Source: Nitrospirota bacterium (lineage in GTDB: Bacteria; Nitrospirota; Thermodesulfovibrionia; UBA6902). From it: a DNA stretch of 64,000 nucleotides. The stretch spans positions 551-64,550 of the forward strand of contig JACQXG010000052.1 of assembly GCA_016208905.1 (NCBI GenBank), read 5' to 3'. Numbering within the stretch: the first letter of the stretch is position 1; the number at the start of each line of letters is the position of its first letter. The position numbers and the translations under genes were made by a program. Shown here piece after piece: positions 16,515 through 24,422 of this stretch. Under the pieces are notes generated by a model. That model was not told the origin of the DNA. It ran no database searches and saw only the letters and a program-made list of their open reading frames with translations.

Positions 16515-18353
16515 TTACTGTGCCTTTTTATATCCCATACCGGCGGCTGTTTTGAAGTCACCTGCGGCCCGCTCATGTTCTCCCATCATATCGTATACGA
16601 GCCCCCTGTTGTAGTAGACGGCAGCTAAAGGAGTTATGGAAATTACCTTGTTAAAGTCTTCCAGCGCCTTGTCTGTTTCGCCGGTCTTGACATAAGAGAC
16701 TCCGCGGTTTATGTAAGAATCAACAGACCCGGGATTTTTCTCAATGGCTTCACTATAAAATTTAATTGCCAGTTTATAAGCAAGGACCATGTTGCGGCGG
16801 GCCTCTGCGTTTTCAGAATTCAGATCTATTGTGCTGTTAAAATCAGAGAGGGCCTGATTGAAATCTCCTTTTAGCAACGAAATTAATCCGCGATGATAAA
16901 AGGCGTTTTCAATTTTTTTATCAGTTTCTATGGACGCATTAAAATATTCCAGCGCCTTATCAAAATCTCCGAGGCTGTAATAAGCCATTCCCATTGACGC
17001 CAGCGTATGCGGGTCGTCGGGGTATACCTCCAATTCTGCTTTCCATAACGACAGAGTGTTTTTCCATATTCCTGTCTGTCTTATCGTAAGGACAGATGAA
17101 AGAGCAAATACAATTATGCAAAATCCTGCGATTGCGACTCTTCCGAAGATTAAATTATCGCGGCTGTCTTTTGTTTTTTCCCATAACCATGATGTGCCCA
17201 ATCCCGTAAGGAACAGAGGCCCTATACATGGAAGATAGGTATAGCGGTCGGCCCCTGCCTGATTTCCGGCCTGGACAAGTCCCAATACGGGCAATAAGGT
17301 CACGACATAATATGTCCATGCTGCGGAGAAGACTTTTTGTTTTTTCCGGGACAGAACACAAATGACTGATATAAATACCGTAAATATGACAGCGCCCATA
17401 TATGGTAATGACAGTATTGATATTTTTGACGGGTACGGATAGAAAGGCACAAGGTTTGACGGCCATACCATCTTGTAAAGATAGAACCACAGTGAGTTGA
17501 ATGCCAGTAAAATCCGGTCCCAAACAGGATGCGCCTCTAATGATGATATCGCTCCCCCTCCCTGTTGAGCCATTACGGTCAGCGCGGTTGAGGCAAGGCT
17601 GAATCCAAAAAAGGGAAGCTTCTCAGCCAATACTTTGCGATGTGATTTAGAAGGAGACGTAATGTTAAGCCTTTCAAAAGGATATATATCTAAAATAATT
17701 AATATAACGGGCAGGGTGACAGCCATGGGTTTGCTCATCAGCGCCATGATGAAAGATAAAAGACTCCAGCTGTAATATAAATATTTTTTCTCATTCAAAT
17801 CATGGCATGCATACTTCAGGTATGAAAGGATGCTGAGAAGATAGAAAAAAGCGCACAGGACGTCTTTCCTCTCCGATATCCAGGCGACAGACTCGACGTG
17901 CAGAGGATGCAGGCCGAACAGAAGCCCTGTTACAACCCCGGCAATAATAGAGGCATCATTGAGATGCGGGCTGTCTTTATCGACTGCCCGCGGTTGTTTT
18001 ATATCTTTAATATAATTAATTAAACCGATAGTCAGTAATACAACGAGAAAGGTATTTAATCCGTGAAGGATTATGCTTGTAAGATGATGTCCCATAGGGT
18101 CCAGCCCCCATATTGCATAATCGAGTGCGTGGGAAATCCATGTCAGCGGGTGCCAGTTTGACGCATGAAATGATGTGAATATCCATTTAAAAAAATCAAT
18201 CCCAATAGACCGGATATTAGGATTGTTATATACGTAATCATGATCATCCCAATTGATAAAATTATTTTGAAGGGCAGGGAGATAGACAAGCATTGTAATG
18301 AGGGCGGCAAAAAGAGCTGAGATTTTTATTTTTGAATTACTGGAATAGAACAT
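16515..18353 (-). CDS. polytopic membrane protein with C-terminal TPR repeats (GT-C/PMT-like glycosyltransferase fold suspected)
   Basis: 612 aa. About 10 hydrophobic helices are followed by 5 or more TPR units (AYYSLGDFDKALEYF, YHRGLISLLKGDFNQAL, and others). Confidence 0.5.
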   Translation of the reverse strand: MFYSSNSKIKISALFAALITMLVYLPALQNNFINWDDHDYVYNNPNIRSIGIDFFKWIFTSFHASNWHPLTWISHALDYAIWGLDPMGHHLTSIILHGLNTFLVVLLTIGLINYIKDIKQPRAVDKDSPHLNDASIIAGVVTGLLFGLHPLHVESVAWISERKDVLCAFFYLLSILSYLKYACHDLNEKKYLYYSWSLLSFIMALMSKPMAVTLPVILIILDIYPFERLNITSPSKSHRKVLAEKLPFFGFSLASTALTVMAQQGGGAISSLEAHPVWDRILLAFNSLWFYLYKMVWPSNLVPFYPYPSKISILSLPYMGAVIFTVFISVICVLSRKKQKVFSAAWTYYVVTLLPVLGLVQAGNQAGADRYTYLPCIGPLFLTGLGTSWLWEKTKDSRDNLIFGRVAIAGFCIIVFALSSVLTIRQTGIWKNTLSLWKAELEVYPDDPHTLASMGMAYYSLGDFDKALEYFNASIETDKKIENAFYHRGLISLLKGDFNQALSDFNSTIDLNSENAEARRNMVLAYKLAIKFYSEAIEKNPGSVDSYINRGVSYVKTGETDKALEDFNKVISITPLAAVYYNRGLVYDMMGEHERAAGDFKTAAGMGYKKAQ

Positions 18354-18422
18354 TCGTTACCGGCTTATTCCTTCATACTCCGGCAGTCTTTACTCTGGCG
18401 CAGCCACTCCAATTTCTTCTCA

Positions 18423-20138
18423 TCAATCCTTATTGGTTTTTTTAATGTCCACAGGTTTTGCCTGAAGGACCAATTCAGCATAATAAGTGCTGTCTTTTTT
18501 TAATATCATCAACTCCTTGTGACAGACATCGCATGATGCGGCATCTCCGGCATTTATCTGGTCACTTAGATTTATATAGGTACTGCAAAACGGGCAGACG
18601 ATACTCTTCCCACTCTGTTTATTGTAATCCTGAAGAATGCTGTCAAGCCTGCCTGCCCTGAAACAGGAGATAATCGCGCGCGCGCATTCAGGGTCAAACT
18701 GCCTGCCGGACTCTTTTTCAATTTCGTTTATCGCAATCTCAGGGTCCAGGCCTTTGCGGTAGGGTCTGTTGCTTGTCATGGCGTCCATTGTGTCTGCTAC
18801 GGAAACAATCCGGCCTTCAATCGGGATATCAGTCCCTTTTAATCCGTAAGGGTACCCTCTGCCGTCATACCGTTCATGATGGTACAGACAGTATGGGACC
18901 AGTGAGGAAAGATGCGGCGAGTCCTGAAGCAGTCTCGCGCCTTTTTCCGGATGGATTTTCATCTGGCCGAATTCTTCATCTGTCAGTTTCCCGGGTTTCT
19001 GAAGAATAGCGTCAGGCACTGCAATCTTACCCACATCATGAAGCACTCCCCCCATCTGGACTTCTTTTATCTTTTCCTCCGGCCAGCCCAATTCCCTTGC
19101 GACAGCAATGGAAAAATTCGTCACACGCCAGGTATGACCCACAGTGTAATGGTCCCGCAGTTCAATGGCATTGGCAAGGGCCTTAAGGGTTTCCTGATAA
19201 CCCTGTTCAACCATATGCAGGTACTGGGCGTTTTTGATTGCAATGGCAGACGGGCCTGCCAGCGCAACAAGCAGCTCCAGATCACTGGCAACAAAGGCAT
19301 TGGTTGTTTTTCGTGTATCTGCATATATTACACCGAGGCATTCTTTCCGATAGGTTAAAGGAACGCACATTACAGATGATATGTTTTGAATAATAATACT
19401 GGCCTTTGTATTAAAACGTGAATCATCCGAAGCATCATAGGTAATAACAGCCTCTCCGTTTTCAAAGGCCCGTTTGACGATTGAAGAGCTGATGGTCACT
19501 TCATTACTCTGTGATCCTGCTTTTATATATTTGGTGACAAGTTCTGATGTTTTTTCGTCCTTGAGAATAATCGCACCGTTATGAGCGGGAATAAGCGCGA
19601 ATATCTGGTCCATAACACGCTCAAAAAGTTTAGCGAGGTCCTGTTCACTCGTGATGATTTCATTGGCAGAATAGACGGCCTGCAGGCGCTGCTGGGTTTT
19701 TCTTAACTGTTCTTCGGTGGCGGATGCCTTTGGCGCCCCGAAAAAAGTATCATAAATATCAGCTGCATTCGTGCCTTCTATATCGGCTTCTGAGTCCGCC
19801 TTAAAACGAATAATACTGCCGGGTTTTATTTTTTCAGCAATTTCAGCTGGTTCAATTTCAAAACGAAACTTCTGTGGTCCTATTTTGATTTCATCACCAT
19901 TGATCAGCCTGTGTTCAGATATTTTTTTATTTCCGATAAATGTGCCGTTAGCGCTGTTTAAATCCCGAAGAATGGTGTATTCCGGTTTTTGCTCAATGAC
20001 GGCGTGTCTTCTTGAAATCTCCGGATCATGAAACTGAAGTGTATTCTCAGGGTCGCGGCCAATGGTTAATATCCCCTGGATGTCTATTGTCATATCTTGC
20101 TTATCACCGGTCAGAATAATAATTCTTTGCTTATTCAT
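18423..20138 (-). CDS. FHA-GAF-HD-GYP phosphodiesterase with a C-terminal zinc ribbon
   Basis: 571 aa. The FHA region reads TIGRDPENTLQF...ISRRHAVI...NGTF. The HD-GYP motifs are HDVGK and HHERYDGRGYP. The C-terminal sequence is CPFC...CDVC. Confidence 0.8.
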   Translation of the reverse strand: MNKQRIIILTGDKQDMTIDIQGILTIGRDPENTLQFHDPEISRRHAVIEQKPEYTILRDLNSANGTFIGNKKISEHRLINGDEIKIGPQKFRFEIEPAEIAEKIKPGSIIRFKADSEADIEGTNAADIYDTFFGAPKASATEEQLRKTQQRLQAVYSANEIITSEQDLAKLFERVMDQIFALIPAHNGAIILKDEKTSELVTKYIKAGSQSNEVTISSSIVKRAFENGEAVITYDASDDSRFNTKASIIIQNISSVMCVPLTYRKECLGVIYADTRKTTNAFVASDLELLVALAGPSAIAIKNAQYLHMVEQGYQETLKALANAIELRDHYTVGHTWRVTNFSIAVARELGWPEEKIKEVQMGGVLHDVGKIAVPDAILQKPGKLTDEEFGQMKIHPEKGARLLQDSPHLSSLVPYCLYHHERYDGRGYPYGLKGTDIPIEGRIVSVADTMDAMTSNRPYRKGLDPEIAINEIEKESGRQFDPECARAIISCFRAGRLDSILQDYNKQSGKSIVCPFCSTYINLSDQINAGDAASCDVCHKELMILKKDSTYYAELVLQAKPVDIKKTNKD

Positions 20139-20706
20139 CTGCTAATTTCTTCAGGACTCCGGGATATATTTTTCTTTGCATTAGAGCGGTAGGTTCACTA
20201 ACTGAGGGCCATTTATTGAACAAAGGATCCGGACCTTCCATGGTAACCGGCGATGGAGCTGTATCTTTCATCTTTGGATTTTCGGAAAAATTCACGCCCT
20301 TTACTCTATAGCAGAATTCAAGCTGGATATTATTGGGATCAGTAGAGAATATGGAATGAATAAAACCATTGTCCATGACCTCGGACACCCAGACGTCTGC
20401 CGCTTCCAGCCTGTCTTTGAGTTCCCATAGTTCTTCTTCCCCTGGTAACTCAAAGCATATATGATCAAAGGCAAAGGGCCCTTTCACAGGTCTGCCCGCA
20501 TCCTTGTCCTGTACAGGTTCAACATCAGGCCATTCAAAAAATGACATCATAATATTTTCCGAAATCCCGAAGAAGTATTGTCTTATTCCTGATTCTCCCA
20601 GTCCTGCAACTAGTCTCATGCCAAGAAGGTCTCTCCAGAAGCGAATAGTCTTGTCCATATCATTTGTGGCCAGGGCTATATGGTTTATTCCAGCGTATTG
20701 AATCAT
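20131..20706 (-). CDS. VOC/glyoxalase family protein
   Basis: 191 aa. INHIALATNDMDKTIRFWRDLLGM is a typical VOC N-terminus. The stop overlaps the downstream start by 8 nt. Confidence 0.65.
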   Translation of the reverse strand: MIQYAGINHIALATNDMDKTIRFWRDLLGMRLVAGLGESGIRQYFFGISENIMMSFFEWPDVEPVQDKDAGRPVKGPFAFDHICFELPGEEELWELKDRLEAADVWVSEVMDNGFIHSIFSTDPNNIQLEFCYRVKGVNFSENPKMKDTAPSPVTMEGPDPLFNKWPSVSEPTALMQRKIYPGVLKKLADE

Positions 20707-20755
20707 GGGAAGCCTCCTTTATGTTTTTAAACTGTAAAAAAGCTGATCTTCTTCC

Positions 20756-22213
20756 TCATTTAATCAGGAGTTCCAGTTTTTCAATGATTGCGTCAGGCCC
20801 GGCGGCAACTTTTTCAGGACGAATGCTTTTAAGGTCTATTCCCGCCAGTTTTTTTACAGAAGGACATTGCGGCATAGGAATATCGGGATATTTCTTTTGA
20901 AAGTCAGGGAACTTTGACGGAGATGCCGTCTCAAGGACCACGATAATTGATTCATCTTCACTGAAATACTGCCGGTATCTGAAAGACGCTGCTACGCCTA
21001 TCACTCCATGTGGTTCGAGGACAATATTATTTCTCCGCCAGAACCTTACAATGTGGGCTTCAATGTCCTCGTTCGTGATAATGTCTTCTACAAAAACATC
21101 CCTGCGCAGGCTTTTCGCCACTGCAGGCGTAATTCTTTTTTTCCCCGAAAGGATATCCGGTATATTTTCAGGAGATTCTCCGTATAGAAAGAGGATGCGC
21201 TCAAGGTTGGAGGGGATAGAGATGTCCATAGAATTTGCGAGCGTATTCTTGTTGCTGAGACTGCCGGATGATGTCCCTTTACCGACAATATTTGCAAAGA
21301 TATTGTTAGCATTCGTACCGGCGATAAATACTTTGACAGGCAGTCCCATCCGTTTTGCTATTAAACCAGCGGTGAGATTGCCCAGATTTCCTGACGGCAC
21401 TGAAAATAATATATTCTGGTCCGGAAACCTTTTGTGAAGTTCTGCCCAAATATAGAAGTAATAAACGGTCTGGGGCAGGAGCCTCCAAATTGAGATGGAG
21501 TTGGCCGAAGTGAGATTAAATCGTTCACGTACATTATTATCATTGAGCAGTCTCTTGGCCAGGCGCTGACAATCATCGAAATTTCCGTCGACCGGGACCG
21601 CCCGGACATTTCCTGTTACAGAGAGCATCTGTTTTTCCTGGACCTCGGAAACCCTGTCAGCAGGATAGAGGACGAGCACATTTGTATTGGGTAAACCATA
21701 AAAGGCTGTTTGTATTGCAGTACCGGTATCCCCTGATGTGGCAACGATAATCGCGGCCTTTCTTTGCTTGACTGACAGATAGTGACTCATCAGCCTTGCC
21801 AGAAACCTGGCGGCAAAATCCTTAAAGCTGCACGAAGGCCCCCTGTCGAGACGGGCAATGACAAGATTGTTGTCATCTATGGCTTCCTCAAGCGGTATAT
21901 GTGTCTCACTATATGCGCCACTGCAAATGTCTGCAAGGATATCATCAGGGATGTCCTCTTGAGGGAGAAAGTTCCTCATTATCACCCAGGCCATTTCCGG
22001 ATAATCAAGATTTGACAAGCCGCTTATAGTAGCTTCAGTAAAACGAGGCAGGCGGGCAGGCATGAAAAGACCATAATCGGATGCAAGCCCTCTTTCCAGC
22101 ACAACATCCCATTTATAACGAATGTCTCCTTCGCGCTCCCGTGTAGAGACGAAAAGGGGTTGTTCGCCTGAAGGACTGACGGGCAGTAACTTACTCAATT
22201 TATTAATATCCAT
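20756..22213 (-). CDS. thrC: threonine synthase (long form)
   Basis: 485 aa. PLP-lysine motif CSFKDFAARF and SGDTG loop. Confidence 0.75.
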   Translation of the reverse strand: MDINKLSKLLPVSPSGEQPLFVSTREREGDIRYKWDVVLERGLASDYGLFMPARLPRFTEATISGLSNLDYPEMAWVIMRNFLPQEDIPDDILADICSGAYSETHIPLEEAIDDNNLVIARLDRGPSCSFKDFAARFLARLMSHYLSVKQRKAAIIVATSGDTGTAIQTAFYGLPNTNVLVLYPADRVSEVQEKQMLSVTGNVRAVPVDGNFDDCQRLAKRLLNDNNVRERFNLTSANSISIWRLLPQTVYYFYIWAELHKRFPDQNILFSVPSGNLGNLTAGLIAKRMGLPVKVFIAGTNANNIFANIVGKGTSSGSLSNKNTLANSMDISIPSNLERILFLYGESPENIPDILSGKKRITPAVAKSLRRDVFVEDIITNEDIEAHIVRFWRRNNIVLEPHGVIGVAASFRYRQYFSEDESIIVVLETASPSKFPDFQKKYPDIPMPQCPSVKKLAGIDLKSIRPEKVAAGPDAIIEKLELLIK

Positions 22214-22371
22214 ATCATTAAGCTCCTTTTGTAAAACGTGGGCGCTTGATTAAGCTGTCCCATACTATACCGGTTATTATAATTGATTCGAAAAATTTCT
22301 ATAAGGTCAATGTTTTTTTCTGCGGTTATTCAATTTCAATAACCCACATTGGTTATAAATATTACCGGCAA

Positions 22372-22512
22372 AGGATGTGTGCTGAAAAAACGTATTGAAT
22401 GCGTTATGGTGCATTCACAAGAGAAAATCTTCATTGACTATCAATATATAAAATGTTTCGAACGTCTGATTTGGAAGTCCCGCTCCCAATTCGTTTTTTC
22501 AGCACACCTCCT
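22372..22512. repeat. 21-bp inverted repeat (one mismatch; 16-bp perfect core) enclosing about 99 nt
   Basis: AGGATGTGTGCTGAAAAAACG (22372-22392) pairs with CGTTTTTTCAGCACACCTCCT (22492-22512). The perfect core is 22377-22392 with 22492-22507. An inner hairpin TGAATGC/GCATTCA is also present. Confidence 0.7.
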
Positions 22513-22591
22513 TTACCGCACGAATAATGTGGGCTAATGGGGGAGAGTGCTATTCATTCACAGATGTAATATCAAGTCCGGCAGGGGGCAC

Positions 22592-22627
22592 AAAAAAAGG
22601 GCTTGAAATATCCAAGCCCTTTTTTTC
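22592..22627. terminator. bidirectional rho-independent terminator
   Basis: AAAAAAAGGGCTTG-AAATAT-CCAAGCCCTTTTTTT: a GC-rich 7-bp stem flanked by an A-run on one side and a T-run on the other. Confidence 0.7.
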
Positions 22628-22652
22628 AGATATAAGCTTTAGTTGCTATACC

Positions 22653-22718
22653 TTATTTCTTTTTCTTCTTTGCCGGTGCTTTTGCCTTTGGCTTTGCTGC
22701 TGCTTTTGCCTTTGCCAT
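22653..22718 (-). CDS. 21-aa Ala/Lys-rich micro-ORF (MAKAKAAAKPKAKAPAKKKKK)
   Basis: An ATG is preceded by GGAGAAAGGAGAATGC. The stop lies 26 nt upstream of the terminator at 22592-22627. The sequence has a hexamer (GCAAAG) codon periodicity. It could alternatively be a repeat element. Confidence 0.35.
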   Translation of the reverse strand: MAKAKAAAKPKAKAPAKKKKK

Positions 22719-22941
22719 GCATTCTCCTTTCTCCAGTGCAAGTTAGTTATTTGTAACTTTTTATACTTACACTGAATTTAGATAAAAAATACGGCACTCA
22801 CAAGCAAAAACTTTAACTATTTACATCGTAATCAATATAACTTGCCCTTTCGATAACAAAATAGAGAATGTTGAGTTATTCCCCGGATGACCGGGGTCAG
22901 ATATAAGTTTTGAATTGTCAGAAGCATTCATATCTTCCGAT

Positions 22942-23946
22942 TTAATTTTGCATCTGTTCGTTCATAAATGCAGTATCTCCCTGGGCAACAGAAACACCGG
23001 GAGCAGGTAAATTTGACGCTATCTCCATAAGGCTTTCTGAGAGAAGCTTCCGGGCCTTCGCATCACGCACTCTTCTGTCAACAGATCCAAAAATTACTGC
23101 AATGGCCCTCTTTCCATTTTTAGTTGCCGTTGCAGCTATGGAAAAGCCGGCAGCCCTGAAGTATCCTGTTTTAAGTCCGTCACAGCCTTCAAAATTTCTG
23201 ACCAGATGATTGTGGTTTCGAATAATAAATGGCTGGGCCCCTGCGCGGAAAAGACGTTCTTTGGTTGAAGTATATTGCAGGGCACTGGGATGCTTAAGCA
23301 CTTCCTGGGACAGCTTTGTTATATCACGAGGGGTAGAAACATCCGGCATCAGACCTTTTCCAGGAGGAAAGCCATTCACGGTACGGAAGACGGTGTCCTT
23401 CATGCCGAGTTCCCGCGCCCGTTTATTCATGAGATTAACAAATTCATCCTTGCTGTCTGATAAATGAAGCGCAAGAGCGGCTGCCGCATCATTCGCTGAC
23501 TGGACCATGAGGGCATAGAGCAGGTCATCTACGGTATAAACTTCATGTTCTTTTAAATAAACCTCTGAGCCGCCGATTTTAGCTACTTCAGCCGATACAG
23601 TGATTTTGTCCTGAAGGGTTATCTGTTTCGCCTCGACAGCTTCCAGAATAATCAGAAAGTTCATCATCTTGACTACGCTTGCCGGGTAACCCTTTGCATC
23701 TGCATTGTCCTCAAAAAGGACCTTACTTGTATCAGCATCAATAACGATAGCGCCTAAATAAGGATTTTTTGATAAGGGCTGTAATCGTTGTCTGGACACT
23801 TTAGTGACGGCTGTTCCCCGCGTCTGTTTCTTATGCACATGAGCATTTCGTTTTTTGGCAGCGTCTGCCGAGGGTACTGCGAAGACAATTGAAATAATAA
23901 TTAATGCGGAGATAACAAATGTGAATGAATATTTTTTTATGATCAT
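22942..23946 (-). CDS. D-alanyl-D-alanine carboxypeptidase (PBP5/6, peptidase S11)
   Basis: 334 aa with a signal peptide. Motifs are SVVK (SxxK), SAND (SxN) and KTG. Confidence 0.8.
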   Translation of the reverse strand: MIIKKYSFTFVISALIIISIVFAVPSADAAKKRNAHVHKKQTRGTAVTKVSRQRLQPLSKNPYLGAIVIDADTSKVLFEDNADAKGYPASVVKMMNFLIILEAVEAKQITLQDKITVSAEVAKIGGSEVYLKEHEVYTVDDLLYALMVQSANDAAAALALHLSDSKDEFVNLMNKRARELGMKDTVFRTVNGFPPGKGLMPDVSTPRDITKLSQEVLKHPSALQYTSTKERLFRAGAQPFIIRNHNHLVRNFEGCDGLKTGYFRAAGFSIAATATKNGKRAIAVIFGSVDRRVRDAKARKLLSESLMEIASNLPAPGVSVAQGDTAFMNEQMQN

Positions 23947-24063
23947 TATTTATTGTATCATACGAATAAAAAAAGTATAGAAAACACAGCTTTTATTTGT
24001 CAAGCAAAAACAATAGCTGAACAGCAAATTGGAAAGCCGTACTGATTTGATATACTCAATGAA

Positions 24064-24363
24064 ATGGATTATTTTATTTCGCCGGTAACTGATCAGGAGA
24101 TCAAAAAAGAGAAACAGAAGGCACGGGACCTTCGCAAAACGCAGTGGTGGAAGCAGAAATGTGTTCAGGGGAAGTGTTATTACTGCGGAGCGGATGTGCC
24201 GCCCAAAGAAGTGACCATGGACCATATTGTACCCATCATCAGAGGAGGAAAAACAACAAAGAATAATGTTGTCGCGGCCTGTAAAGAATGCAACAGCAGG
24301 AAGAAGCACTCCCTTCTTATTGAGTGGGAGGAATATGTGGAACGGATTAAAAAACAGCTTTAA
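24064..24363 (+). CDS. small HNH endonuclease
   Basis: 99 aa. Contains CYYCG...DHIVPIIRGG...NNVVAACKECNSRK (the HNH beta-beta-alpha-metal motif with CxxC pairs). Confidence 0.75.
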   Translation: MDYFISPVTDQEIKKEKQKARDLRKTQWWKQKCVQGKCYYCGADVPPKEVTMDHIVPIIRGGKTTKNNVVAACKECNSRKKHSLLIEWEEYVERIKKQL

Positions 24364-24422
24364 GCAGTCAGCGATAAGCTTTTAGCTTAAAAAAAATTTA
24401 CAGAAAGTATCTTATCATACCT

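Noticed and set aside
22349-22537. 62-aa plus-strand ORF in the thrC upstream region
   Set aside because: It has no RBS, spans both arms of the 21-bp inverted repeat, and its sequence is non-descript. The region is better explained as a structured or repeat element.
22530-22542. 13-mer TGGGCTAATGGGG shared between 22530-22542 and 26692-26704
   Set aside because: By my estimate, tens of identical 13-mer pairs are expected by chance in 64 kb. There is no extended similarity on either side.
22527-22775. 82-aa 'cysteine-rich' ORF (…LFLLCRCFCLWLCCCFCLCHAF…)
   Set aside because: The Cys/Phe/Leu run is simply the antisense reading of the GCAAAG-hexamer Ala/Lys micro-ORF. It also crosses the terminator hairpin and has no RBS.
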